64,000 nucleotides of DNA from NCBI GenBank assembly GCA_001791745.1, contig MGFG01000032.1:3775-67774 (forward strand), read 5' to 3'. Made by a program: the position numbers and the translations under genes. The first letter of the stretch is position 1. Each line of letters starts with the position of its first letter. Shown piece by piece: positions 49,865 to 59,622 of this stretch. Origin of the DNA: Candidatus Uhrbacteria bacterium RIFOXYC2_FULL_47_19 (GTDB taxonomy: Bacteria > Patescibacteriota > Patescibacteriia > SG8-24). The notes below the pieces were generated by a model. That model had not been told where the DNA came from, searched no databases, and was given only the letters and a program-made list of their open reading frames with translations.

Positions 49865-50881
49865 TTAATCTGTTCGACACTCTAGTCGCGATTCAATCAT
49901 ACTCAAAACTGTTTCTTGGGTCTCGTCATCCCAGACCTGATTGGCAAGTGGGCGAAAGAACCCCAAAGCAATCAATTGTCTCGCTTGTTTCATCGATAAA
50001 CCGCGTGATCTCAGATAAAACAATGATTGTATGTCGGGTTGACCAATCGATGCACTATGCGAACAAATCACATCATCAGTGCCGATCTCTAATGATGGTG
50101 TGATTTCGGCCTGCGCTGTGGGTGAGAGTAATAAAATTTGACTGTCCTGGCGTCCATTGCAGTTGTTGATCCTTGATCCAATATTAGTTAATAATTTCCA
50201 ATCGGCAAACGCGGTATCAGTCAAAACGCCCCTGGTCATAATATATGAAGATGTCCCGACGGCGAAATGTCGAATCGTATCGCTTATCTTATGGCGTCCA
50301 TTCTCGGTTCCTAGAACCAATCCATACCTCTCGACCACTGCGTTCTGACCTTCGAGTAAGATTTCTGTCTGGCAATCCAAGCGTCCTCCACCCAACAACC
50401 CAGAAAAGAGTTTTAGTTGTCCATTTTTAGCCACCGAGGCCCAGATTTTTCCATTGAATCGCTGACCTTCAGACAAACAGCGTAATTCAGCTAAACGAAC
50501 CGTTGCATTTTGACCGACAAGAATAAAAAGTTTGGTTTCCTGTTTTTTATCACCACAACCACAACGTGCCGTATCAAGTAAAGTGAGATTACTATTAGCT
50601 TCAGTCACAACTACTAAAGTTTCATTTGATGAATTGCAGGCAGCGAGTTGAATTGGATCTTTGGTTTGCTGACCAGCTGGAACGAAAACCACTGTTCCAT
50701 CAGTCAAAGTAAGATTACTTGGTAATTTAGCTAGGACTGCTTTGATCGTCTGATGTTGTACAGCCTCTGACCAGCTCAAAATTTGTACCTCCTTCTCATT
50801 GGAGGGTTTAATCTTGCACATCCTACAATTGTTTGTTGAACAATCCACTGTGCTACATTTTTTATTTATAACTGTCTTCAT
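49865..50881 (-). CDS. sufD: SufD-like Fe-S assembly protein carrying an atypical N-terminal four-Cys cluster.
   Basis: SufB/D beta-helix family C-terminus (SMKQARQLIALGFF). The N-terminus reads KKCSTVDCSTNNCRMCK. Confidence 0.7.
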   Translation of the reverse strand: MKTVINKKCSTVDCSTNNCRMCKIKPSNEKEVQILSWSEAVQHQTIKAVLAKLPSNLTLTDGTVVFVPAGQQTKDPIQLAACNSSNETLVVVTEANSNLTLLDTARCGCGDKKQETKLFILVGQNATVRLAELRCLSEGQRFNGKIWASVAKNGQLKLFSGLLGGGRLDCQTEILLEGQNAVVERYGLVLGTENGRHKISDTIRHFAVGTSSYIMTRGVLTDTAFADWKLLTNIGSRINNCNGRQDSQILLLSPTAQAEITPSLEIGTDDVICSHSASIGQPDIQSLFYLRSRGLSMKQARQLIALGFFRPLANQVWDDETQETVLSMIESRLECRTD

Positions 50882-50885
50882 AGTT

Positions 50886-52298
50886 TCATCCGACAGTACT
50901 TTCCATCTCTAACTCAACTAGACGATTAAGTTCAACCGCATACTCGAGTGGTAGTCGCCGCACCACTGGATCGATAAAGCCACCAATAATAATTTTAACT
51001 GCCTCATCTGCTGTTAGTCCGCGACTCATCAAATAAAATACTTCCTCAGTACCGATTCGTCCGACTCGCGCTTCATGAGTGAGCTCGGAATCACCACGAG
51101 CCGTTCGCATAGTCGGCCAGGTATCAGAACCCGACCCAGAACCGATAATCAATGCATCACAATTAACTGATGAACGTGCTGCAGTTGCCTCCGGTCCGAT
51201 CTGAACCAGGCCACGATATGAGGCCCGCCCCTCGTCCTTGCTAATACTTCTGGTTCTGATCGTTGAGGTTGTGTCTGGTGCTAGATGGATTGCCTTGAAA
51301 CCAGTGTCTTGATGTTGTCCGGTACCAGCCATAGCAATACCCAGGGCATCTGAACGTGCTCCCCGTCCTGCCAGGACACTGCAAGGGTAGAGCATAGTGA
51401 TACAACTCCCTAAATTACCAGATAACCATTCAATTGTGCCCCCCTCTTCAACTACAGCGCGTTTAGTGTTTAGGTTATAGACGTTCTTGCTCCAATTCTC
51501 AATTGATGAGTAGTGCACGGTAGCGTTACGCCCAATGAAAATCTCGACGCAACCGGCGTGCAATGAGCTGGTCGAGTAGTTCGGCGCTGAACAACCCTCG
51601 ATGTATTCGACTGTACTACCTTCGTCGGCGATGATCAGCGTGTGTTCAAATTGCCCACCACGCTCCGAGTTCATACGAAAGTAAGCTTGCATTGGCACTG
51701 TGACTTCCACCCCTGGCGGCACGTAGATGAAAGTTCCACCACTCCAGACTGCGGCATGTAAAGCGGTGAATTTATGTTCGCCGATTGGAACGCAGTGATT
51801 CATGAATTTTCCTTGTACCAATTCTGGATACTTGCGCACTGCCACGTCCATACTTTCAAAAATCACACCTAACCTTTCCCACTCCTCTTTCAAATTATGA
51901 TAAACAACATCAGAGTCAAACTGTGCGCCCACGCCGGAGAGTGCTTTTTGTTCAGCTTGAGGTAGACCCAGCTGATCGAAAGTTCGTCGAATCTCCATTG
52001 GTACATCCTCCCAGGACCGTGATTCTTCGGCATCCGGACGGACGAAGTAGGATAGTTTGTTCAGCTCTAATCCATCGAGCGACGGACCCCAAGTTGGCAT
52101 CGATTTATCTTCCCATAACTTTAACCCGCGCAACCGCTTCTTGAGCATCCATTCCGGTTCTTCTTTCTGTCTTGAAATCTCAATTACCAACTCTCTAGTT
52201 AGTCCTGGAGTAGATTGAAATCTAGCTGGTAATCGTGAAGCCCGGGCTAATTCCTGATTCAGCCTCGAATCTTCTTTTTTTATTTGACCATCAGTCAT
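50886..52298 (-). CDS. sufB: Fe-S cluster assembly protein SufB.
   Basis: A 470-aa SufB-family sequence with the conserved C-terminal region (FIDPVVRRLPLEYAVELNRL). Confidence 0.9.
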   Translation of the reverse strand: MTDGQIKKEDSRLNQELARASRLPARFQSTPGLTRELVIEISRQKEEPEWMLKKRLRGLKLWEDKSMPTWGPSLDGLELNKLSYFVRPDAEESRSWEDVPMEIRRTFDQLGLPQAEQKALSGVGAQFDSDVVYHNLKEEWERLGVIFESMDVAVRKYPELVQGKFMNHCVPIGEHKFTALHAAVWSGGTFIYVPPGVEVTVPMQAYFRMNSERGGQFEHTLIIADEGSTVEYIEGCSAPNYSTSSLHAGCVEIFIGRNATVHYSSIENWSKNVYNLNTKRAVVEEGGTIEWLSGNLGSCITMLYPCSVLAGRGARSDALGIAMAGTGQHQDTGFKAIHLAPDTTSTIRTRSISKDEGRASYRGLVQIGPEATAARSSVNCDALIIGSGSGSDTWPTMRTARGDSELTHEARVGRIGTEEVFYLMSRGLTADEAVKIIIGGFIDPVVRRLPLEYAVELNRLVELEMESTVG

Positions 52299-52744
52299 AA
52301 GTCAGAGGATCTACCGAGTACATCAGCCAAAGTCATTTCGGTCATAGATTCTTCAACTCGTTTTTGGACGTTGGCCCAAACCTGTCGAGTTGAGCATTTG
52401 CTGGACATGTTGCAAGATCCACCGCCTAAGCAGTCAATAAAAGCCATTGGTCCTTCGACTGCAGTTACAATATCGGAAATAGTAATATGTTTTGCCGAAC
52501 GAGATAAAACATAGCCACCACTCGCTCCACGCCGAGCCTCAATCAAACCAGCTTCTTTAAGCAGAACCGCGATCTTCTCTAAGAAGCCGCGTGATAATCC
52601 ATTTCTCTCAGCCACCTCGTTTAAGGACACCAAAATACCGTCTCGCCCATGCTCGGCCAGGTCGGTCATTAAGATAACCGCATTGTGGATCCGTTGAGGC
52701 ACCTTTAGGAATTGACGCATTGGGCTTAATTCACAGTTAAACAC
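52295..52744 (-). CDS. Rrf2-family transcriptional regulator (IscR/SufR-like). The likely start is the internal Met near 52720.
   Basis: An N-terminal wHTH, and three cysteines (CLGGGSC...C) positioned as in IscR cluster ligation. Confidence 0.75.
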   Translation of the reverse strand: MFNCELSPMRQFLKVPQRIHNAVILMTDLAEHGRDGILVSLNEVAERNGLSRGFLEKIAVLLKEAGLIEARRGASGGYVLSRSAKHITISDIVTAVEGPMAFIDCLGGGSCNMSSKCSTRQVWANVQKRVEESMTEMTLADVLGRSSDL

Positions 52745-52917
52745 TATGATTTAATCTTAATGGAAGAAGATCGTCAAGTATTGGAAGGGTTTTTTGGAAT
52801 GGAGAAAGAAAACAAAATTTGCAAGTGTCGCAAAACTTACTAGCTGTATCTTTGAATCTAAAAAGAGACCGTTACCTTTACGATCTCTCTCTCTCTTCTT
52901 CACTTATACCTACTGGA

Positions 52918-53595
52918 TCAATCAAGCTCTGAGCTCAATCGATTCTGCCAACCACAGTACTCACAGCGAGTATGAGCCTCCGGCTCTGTTCCTCTTAGGC
53001 AGGCCACTGCTCGCTCCAAGGTTTTCCTGGCCCGCTTTACGTCAACTTTGATCTCAACCGTTTCAACTCCAAACTTTACTGTTCCCTGCCCGTAGACACT
53101 CAACGGATAATAATAAATCAAAAAACCACTTCGACCAGCAGTAAAACCATTAGTGTCCAAAAGAAGAGCGTAGCAGTCTAGCTGATTACGATAATAAGAT
53201 TCCATGCCGTTACTCTTCTCTGGTTTAAAACCACGAGTTTTGTAATCGAGTGGGAGGTACTCTTGATTATCAACAAGACAATCATCAAGTGCTCCAAACA
53301 AAATCGTGTCTAACTCAGTAATCGATACTTCCAGTCCAGTCTTCCAGTTACGCCAACAGTCCATCAACTTCTGATCGCTAACCAATCGACCATGCACTCG
53401 TCCATCAATCTCAGGTGGGAGTTCATTCTGACTTCGATACCGATCAAAGTAATCTTTGATCACTAGATCCATCCCGCCCGGCAGTGATGGAAAGAAGGTC
53501 TTGGGACGATGTATGTCTTGATTGAACTGCAACCAAAAACAGCGTGGACAATTAAGAAACAGATTTAAACTGGTTGGAGAAAGTCGATAGCTCAT
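52918..53595 (-). CDS. Standalone Cas4-like / DUF83 PD-(D/E)XK nuclease with Fe-S cysteines.
   Basis: N-terminal CPRC. A PD-(D/E)XK core (DDCLVDNQEYLPLDYK). C-terminal C-x12-C-x2-C. No CRISPR array or cas genes are present in the window. Confidence 0.6.
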   Translation of the reverse strand: MSYRLSPTSLNLFLNCPRCFWLQFNQDIHRPKTFFPSLPGGMDLVIKDYFDRYRSQNELPPEIDGRVHGRLVSDQKLMDCWRNWKTGLEVSITELDTILFGALDDCLVDNQEYLPLDYKTRGFKPEKSNGMESYYRNQLDCYALLLDTNGFTAGRSGFLIYYYPLSVYGQGTVKFGVETVEIKVDVKRARKTLERAVACLRGTEPEAHTRCEYCGWQNRLSSELD

Positions 53596-53598
53596 ACT

Positions 53599-54321
53599 TT
53601 AAGCGACCACCTCTATACCAGTCAAAATAGCTACAACTTTACCGATAATGAATCCAACGATTCCAGCCGAGGCCGCCACTGTCATCATTTCGAACGCACC
53701 TTTCCAGGTGGAAGTATTAGTCTTACCTGCTTTCCACCAACCAATCGCAAACAATGTGACCAAAAATAAAACCACAGTGGTTACAACCGCCATGTGGATG
53801 GGTAAAAATAAAAATGGTACTAACGGAATTATTCCTCCAGCCATGTTGGCTAGCCACATAACCAGAGCATTCCCCTTACCCTGCTCCAACTCATGCAACC
53901 CTACACCTAGGTCTTTACAAGAAATTTCCTCTAGCCAAACCTCATGATCACTGGTCATGAGTTGAATTAATGCTTCTGTCTCAGCTGTATCAAAACCGCG
54001 TCGAAGATAGATCTCACGTAACTCTTCACGTTTTTTGTTCGGGTCATCGGCAATTTGTTTCCTGGCCCGCTCTACTTTATTCTCAATCACCTGCCGAGCA
54101 GATTTGGTTGATAAATAGGAACCTGATGCCATCGACAGAGCTTCAACTACAACTACAACGAATCCAGATAGCACCACTATTCGACTATCCCCTGTCCCAG
54201 CAGCGATGCCGATCGTTACTCCGCCAGAAGAAACCATTCCATCTTCCAATCCAAAGATCACCTCACGCATGAATGGTCCAATCCCCTCCTCTAATGAATG
54301 GCGATGCTTCCAACGAAACAT
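53599..54321 (-). CDS. VIT1/CCC1-family iron/manganese transporter.
   Basis: GLEDGMVSSGGVTIGIAAG, and a second membrane repeat with the same signature. Confidence 0.65.
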   Translation of the reverse strand: MFRWKHRHSLEEGIGPFMREVIFGLEDGMVSSGGVTIGIAAGTGDSRIVVLSGFVVVVVEALSMASGSYLSTKSARQVIENKVERARKQIADDPNKKREELREIYLRRGFDTAETEALIQLMTSDHEVWLEEISCKDLGVGLHELEQGKGNALVMWLANMAGGIIPLVPFLFLPIHMAVVTTVVLFLVTLFAIGWWKAGKTNTSTWKGAFEMMTVAASAGIVGFIIGKVVAILTGIEVVA

Positions 54322-54445
54322 ACTTAGTGATGAATGAATCTAATAAACTGCGGCCAGTTTACCATGATGCGAACCGTAACGAGAACAGACTATTCAACTA
54401 CAGTCGCTTTCCTAGGAAGGGGGTCAGGTTATATAATGCCCCCGT

Positions 54446-55897
54446 ATGACTGATCATAAAAAGCCTCCAAGAAAAACCTGGCTGATAGTCTTTTTGCTTA
54501 TCACTGCCAGTCTAGTGCCCGGACAGACGCCGGCTGTCGCCGCTCACTTCAATCCTAACTATATTATCTCTGACAGTGAGATGCGCGACGCCAACGCTAT
54601 GTCGTTTGGTGATATCTACAGCTTCCTCGGTCAACGAGGTAGTTTAAATAATCAATTCGACATCGACCCTGCCGATGGATTACTAAAAGGCACAGCTCAG
54701 TTAGTAGACGATGCGGCTAAGCGCTACAGCATCAACCCCAAATACGTACTGGTATTAATGCAAAAAGAATCTGGAGTAATAGAATCCACAGCTCCGACTG
54801 CTAAGCGACTTGAGTGGGCAACCGGTTATGCGCTTTGTGATGGTTGCTACAAATCAAGCGATCTAGCTCAAAAGTATAAAGGTTTCTCCAAACAGATCGA
54901 TGCCGGCGCAGGTTGGATGGATTGGTACCTAACCAATGCCACGAATTTTTCCTATCTCAAACAACCTGGCATTACCTATGCCCTGAGTGGTACTCAAATT
55001 ACCCCAGCTAACCTAGCTACCGCTGGTCTTTATAGCTACACACCACACCTGCATGGAAATCAACTTTTTTGGAACATCTGGCAGCGTTGGTTTGGTGAGG
55101 GAGCAGCCGATATTAGATTTCCAGATGGTACTCTTTTGACTAACGTCACAACTGGTGAATTTGCCGTAATTCAAGGTAGTCAGTTCCGCCTTATTACTAA
55201 TTTATCTGTACTAGAAAGTCGATTCCGTTACCTAACACCGATTGAACTTAGTAATAATGACTTTCAGACAGTTAGTCAGGCCAATCCAGGTCAACCCATC
55301 GCCTTTGCTGACTTGACTCTGGTTCGAGACGAAACTGGTGCCATCTTCTTACTTTCCGGTAACGAACGCCGACCAATAGAATCCCAAGAAACTTTCCGAT
55401 TAATCGGTTTCAATCCAGAAGAGATAGAAGATGTACTAGCGGCAGATATCGAAGATTACGAATTAGGACTACCTATCATGCCGGAAGAGTCATATCCACT
55501 TGGTCAGTTAGTTCAAGACAACATCAGTGGTGCTGTCTTTTGGGTAAACTCCGGTGTTCGTCATCCAATTTGGGATAAATCGATCCTAGGTGTCAGATTT
55601 TCTGGACAACCAATCGTTCAAGCTACCCCAAATCAACTCGAATTGTTCATTATCGGTGAACCAGTCACCATTCCTGACGGAACACTCATTAAAGCTCCTG
55701 ATGATCCAACCGTCTATGTCGTCGAATTGGGACGTCGCCGCCCTATCCCCTCCGAAGAGGTCTTCTTAGGTTATGGCTACCGTTGGACCTCGATCGTCAC
55801 TTGTAGCCCCGGTGTACTAGCTCTACACCCAATCGGTGACGCATTACTCTTGATCTCCGAAGATGAACAAGTCACAGCCGCTGCAGTTGGACTCTAA
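54446..55897 (+). CDS. Secreted protein (signal peptide) with four tandem repeats of about 45 aa. Possibly a cell-wall-associated binding or hydrolase protein.
   Basis: N-terminal signal MTDHKKPPRKTWLIVFLLITASLVPGQTPAVAA. Repeats centred on ...RRPI..E.F... Confidence 0.5.
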   Translation: MTDHKKPPRKTWLIVFLLITASLVPGQTPAVAAHFNPNYIISDSEMRDANAMSFGDIYSFLGQRGSLNNQFDIDPADGLLKGTAQLVDDAAKRYSINPKYVLVLMQKESGVIESTAPTAKRLEWATGYALCDGCYKSSDLAQKYKGFSKQIDAGAGWMDWYLTNATNFSYLKQPGITYALSGTQITPANLATAGLYSYTPHLHGNQLFWNIWQRWFGEGAADIRFPDGTLLTNVTTGEFAVIQGSQFRLITNLSVLESRFRYLTPIELSNNDFQTVSQANPGQPIAFADLTLVRDETGAIFLLSGNERRPIESQETFRLIGFNPEEIEDVLAADIEDYELGLPIMPEESYPLGQLVQDNISGAVFWVNSGVRHPIWDKSILGVRFSGQPIVQATPNQLELFIIGEPVTIPDGTLIKAPDDPTVYVVELGRRRPIPSEEVFLGYGYRWTSIVTCSPGVLALHPIGDALLLISEDEQVTAAAVGL

Positions 55898-55955
55898 AGT
55901 ACGGTTATGAAATCAAAAAGCCCGGCCTTCTCAGGTCGGACTTTTTATTTTGACA

Positions 55956-56552
55956 CTACCTTAGAACAACAGCAGTTTCTGGATGTTCTAGAAACAGTGG
56001 TGAGCTCCATTTACGATCTCCCCAACGTAGAGCTGAGGCAGCATAACCATTGTTGATGTTACAACCGTTATGACACTGCACAGCGTAAGTCACATAACGA
56101 GGATAACCGTTCTGTTCCAGGTAGCTAAGCGTCCAGTTAGACGAACAATGTAGGTCCTCGGCACAACCGACCGGAATCCCATGTAGACGATAGTGAATCT
56201 GAAAGTAACCACGAGCACGGCCACTATCACCAATCGCCTTGGCGTCGTTCAGTGATTCCTTCCATAGCATGCCCAACAGTGTCCGTGCGCAATCCTCTCC
56301 ATAACCGCGAGATTCACACACGTCGAGCAGTACACCTTGTACAGTTTCAAAAATCTTGGTCGTAGGCAGCTCGGCCGTAATAGAAGAGTCTTCTAACTCC
56401 TCTGATTGCACGGCGGCACTTACATAATGGACCCCCGGCAACGCATCCCCATCCCACGCACCAACCGCCCGGTCGATAGACACAGCCACGACCAAACAGG
56501 CCAATATAAGGATAAGATTGATATGCTTTGGATCATTTCTCATGTTGTTCAT
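55956..56552 (-). CDS. Secreted SLT-domain lytic transglycosylase-like protein, cysteine-rich.
   Basis: SLT motif ...MLWKESLNDAKAIGDSGRARGYFQI (an E-S...GY/LMQI pattern) after a signal peptide. Confidence 0.6.
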   Translation of the reverse strand: MNNMRNDPKHINLILILACLVVAVSIDRAVGAWDGDALPGVHYVSAAVQSEELEDSSITAELPTTKIFETVQGVLLDVCESRGYGEDCARTLLGMLWKESLNDAKAIGDSGRARGYFQIHYRLHGIPVGCAEDLHCSSNWTLSYLEQNGYPRYVTYAVQCHNGCNINNGYAASALRWGDRKWSSPLFLEHPETAVVLR

Positions 56553-56714
56553 GGGTTTGATTCAAAAGACTGACTCTCTCCGGGTCAGTCAACCACGCAG
56601 TATGGCACAAAAAACCCTTTTTGTCAAGATTGACAAGCGAATTCTGGGCTAAGATTAGCCAAAAATACTAAAACTTTTTGATCGATCGGGTAGATATTCA
56701 TCCTGGTTGCAAAA

Positions 56715-57476
56715 TTGACCAACCGACCAGCCAACGGTACGATATCTGGCATGAATACCAGACTAAATAAATACCTTTCCATTAACGGTTTTTGCTCCCG
56801 GCGTCAGGCCGACGAGTTAATCGCTGCTGGTCGGGTCAAAATCAACGGTCAGTTGGCAAAAGTGGGTCAAGTAGTCGAACCGAACGATCGAGTGACAGTC
56901 GATAATAAGGCTGTTCAACAGTCCGTCGGGCATACTTATCTAATGGTCAATAAGCCGATCGGTGTAATCTGTACCTCCGACCGCCGGGCTAAAGACAATG
57001 TCCTTGATTTAGTCGGCTCCAACCAGCGCCTTTTTCCAGTTGGACGACTGGATGTCGAATCCTCGGGTCTGCTGATTCTGACCGATGATGGCGAACTAAC
57101 CAACCGACTAACCCACCCTCGCTACGGCCACGAGAAGGAGTATTTAGTTCGATTAGCTGAAGACATCTCCGACGCTGACTTAGCTGTACTAGCCACTGGA
57201 ATCGAACTCGATGGCACTAAAACTCAACCGGCCGATATCCGACGTATTGATACCAATCGTCTGACCATCACTATTAGAGAAGGACGTAATCGGCAGATCC
57301 GACGCATGTGCGAAGCAGTCGGACATCGAGTCATTGGACTCAGGCGCGTCCGTATCCATACCTTAATGCTCGGTCAGTTGCCACCAGGAGCCTGGCGCGA
57401 ACTAACCAAACAAGAGGTAGCTCAACTAAAAACTGATAGTCGCCCCAAACCACTAACCGATCGACGTCGTCGATAA
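56715..57476 (+). CDS. RsuA/RluB-family rRNA pseudouridine synthase.
   Basis: An N-terminal S4 domain and a catalytic Asp motif GRLDVESSGLLILTDDG. Confidence 0.85.
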   Translation: MTNRPANGTISGMNTRLNKYLSINGFCSRRQADELIAAGRVKINGQLAKVGQVVEPNDRVTVDNKAVQQSVGHTYLMVNKPIGVICTSDRRAKDNVLDLVGSNQRLFPVGRLDVESSGLLILTDDGELTNRLTHPRYGHEKEYLVRLAEDISDADLAVLATGIELDGTKTQPADIRRIDTNRLTITIREGRNRQIRRMCEAVGHRVIGLRRVRIHTLMLGQLPPGAWRELTKQEVAQLKTDSRPKPLTDRRRR

Positions 57477-57556
57477 AAGTTATCCACATTATGATGGGGC
57501 CGATCACCTAGTTCGTTCGGCACCACGACAGATTACATAATTGTCGAAAGAAAAAC

Positions 57557-59395
57557 ATGCACAGCCCCGAAAACAACCCAAATGAAATACTTGGTACTAA
57601 CTCGTCTGTCTGGGACCTATCCGAGCTCTACTCCGGACCAAATGATCCAAAAATTGACACCGACTTGGCCGAATTCCGACAGTTAGCCGAACGATTTGCC
57701 GCCAAATATCGCGGTCGACTCGACGAATTACTGAGCGAAGCAATCAATGACTATCGTGCCTTGTCCACTCTAGCCGAACAGCCAATTGTCTTTTTGGAAC
57801 TATGTCGAGCATTGGATACTGGCGAACAGACGATCAAAAAACGTTTAGCCGAGGTCCAGGAATTACTCTCCATCGTATCCGGTGAACATTTAACCTTTTT
57901 AGAAATCGAGTTAGCGTCTCTCTCTGAAGATGTTATTACTAGACAAGCCGAAGCTAACCCGATAGTTAAGCATCATCTACCCTGGCTCAAAAAAATACGT
58001 CTTTTCCGAGATCACTTACTATCCGAACCAGTTGAGCAAGCACTTACTAAACGTGAACCATTCGGTCCGTCATCTTGGGCTCAATTTTACAACGAGGTGG
58101 AAGCCGATCTTCGTGTCGTATTACCAAGTGGAGAACTGACACTACCACAAGCTCTACATGAGCTAACTGAAAACAAGAATCAAGAACATCGTACTGATGT
58201 GCTCAAATCTATTCATGATTCCTTAGGTGGATTTTTTCTAAAATACTCGACCGAAACTCTAATGGCTACGGTACGCAGTAAGTCATTGGAGGATCAAGAG
58301 CGCGGCTACGCCCATCCCATGGCCCTCCGCAATTTATCTAACTTACTTGATGATCACACTGTAGAGGCTCTGCATAAAACCGTTGCTGATCGCGCTGCAC
58401 CGGCCATGCTTAAATACTACCGACTCAAGGCTGCTCACTTAGGAATAGAACGACTGGCCTGGAGCGATCGTAGCGCCCCACTACCTTTCCATAACAACAC
58501 AATTATTCCATTTTTCGAGGCTCGACAATTAGTCGAGTCAGCCTATGAGTCGTTCAGTCCAACACTAGCTCGATTAGTTAAGGATCAATTCGATAATCAT
58601 CGAGTTGATGCACCACACCAACCCGGCAAACAGGGCGGGGCCTTCAATCTATCGTTCTGCCTACCTGATGGCCGACCACTATCTTTCACTCTGCTCAACT
58701 ATCTAGGATCACCGCGAGATGTGGCTACCTTGGCTCATGAGCTAGGACATGGCGTACACGGACTTCTGGCCGGTGAGGCACAGGGTTCACTAATGCAGCA
58801 TGCACCAATAGCCTATGCTGAGACCGCTAGTATTTTTGGTGAGATGATAACTTTCGATTTTATATTGAAAAGATTAAGACAATCTGGAGACAATCGAGCA
58901 GCACTCGCCCTGCTTATGGAAAAATGTGAGGACTTTGCCAATTCTGTAGTCAGACAAATCGGTTTTTCCAACTTCGAACGTCAGGTCCATGACGCAAATG
59001 TTCGTCTGTCACCCACAGAACTAAATGACGTCTGGTTACAAACCACTCAAGAACTCTATGGCCCACCAGGAGAAGTCTTCACCTACAACCATACTGAACG
59101 ACTTTGGTCCTATGTCAGTCATTTTCACCGCCCTTTCTATGTCTACGCTTATGCGATTGGCGAACTACTAACCAGAACTCTCTATCGTTTACGTGAAAAA
59201 TTCGGTGATCAATTTGAACCAATGTACTTAAATCTTTTACGTGCTGGTGGTACTCAGTCACTCACCGATCTATTACGCCCGTTCGGTGAGAATCCAACCA
59301 ATCCACATTTCTGGGAAATAGGCATCGAAACATTCGAGTCACAGATAGATGAGGCCATACGATTGTCAGCCGAGATGGGTATATCGGTGAACTAG
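57557..59395 (+). CDS. pepF: Oligoendopeptidase F (M3B family).
   Basis: HELGHGVHG zinc-binding HExxH plus the downstream Glu region. Size 612 aa. Confidence 0.85.
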   Translation: MHSPENNPNEILGTNSSVWDLSELYSGPNDPKIDTDLAEFRQLAERFAAKYRGRLDELLSEAINDYRALSTLAEQPIVFLELCRALDTGEQTIKKRLAEVQELLSIVSGEHLTFLEIELASLSEDVITRQAEANPIVKHHLPWLKKIRLFRDHLLSEPVEQALTKREPFGPSSWAQFYNEVEADLRVVLPSGELTLPQALHELTENKNQEHRTDVLKSIHDSLGGFFLKYSTETLMATVRSKSLEDQERGYAHPMALRNLSNLLDDHTVEALHKTVADRAAPAMLKYYRLKAAHLGIERLAWSDRSAPLPFHNNTIIPFFEARQLVESAYESFSPTLARLVKDQFDNHRVDAPHQPGKQGGAFNLSFCLPDGRPLSFTLLNYLGSPRDVATLAHELGHGVHGLLAGEAQGSLMQHAPIAYAETASIFGEMITFDFILKRLRQSGDNRAALALLMEKCEDFANSVVRQIGFSNFERQVHDANVRLSPTELNDVWLQTTQELYGPPGEVFTYNHTERLWSYVSHFHRPFYVYAYAIGELLTRTLYRLREKFGDQFEPMYLNLLRAGGTQSLTDLLRPFGENPTNPHFWEIGIETFESQIDEAIRLSAEMGISVN

Positions 59396-59403
59396 CAACG
59401 AAT

Positions 59404-59436
59404 AAAAAAGGAGGGCTGTGAAGCTCTCCTTTTTGT
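59404..59436. terminator. Bidirectional terminator between pepF and the small zinc-ribbon gene.
   Basis: GGAGGGCT-gtga-AGCTCTCC, flanked by AAAAAA and TTTTT. Confidence 0.5.
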
Positions 59437-59444
59437 ACGAGGGA

Positions 59445-59582
59445 CTACTCTTCGTCATCGTCCGACTCGAAGTCGTCGTCCTCGTCGTCCATGTCCTCAT
59501 CGTCGGACCCAACGGACTCGCAGTCTGAGCAGAGCTGGTCCTGATTCGGTTCCAGCTCGGCGCCACAGGAAACACATTCCAT
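59445..59582 (-). CDS. Un-called 45-aa zinc-ribbon protein with a poly-acidic C-terminal tail.
   Basis: Manual translation gives MECVSCGAELEPNQDQLCSDCESVGSDDEDMDDEDDDFESDDDEE. It has a CxxC-x11-CxxC motif. The locally GC-rich codon-like composition stands out against AT-rich flanks. It has its own terminator and promoter. Confidence 0.5.
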   Translation of the reverse strand: MECVSCGAELEPNQDQLCSDCESVGSDDEDMDDEDDDFESDDDEE

Positions 59583-59622
59583 ATTCGGCAGCGTACGAAT
59601 TATTGAATGATTTAGCGACCGG

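Noticed and set aside
52884-52897. A (CT)n microsatellite in the suf promoter region.
   Set aside because: Only about 6 units. Too short to call a contingency locus.
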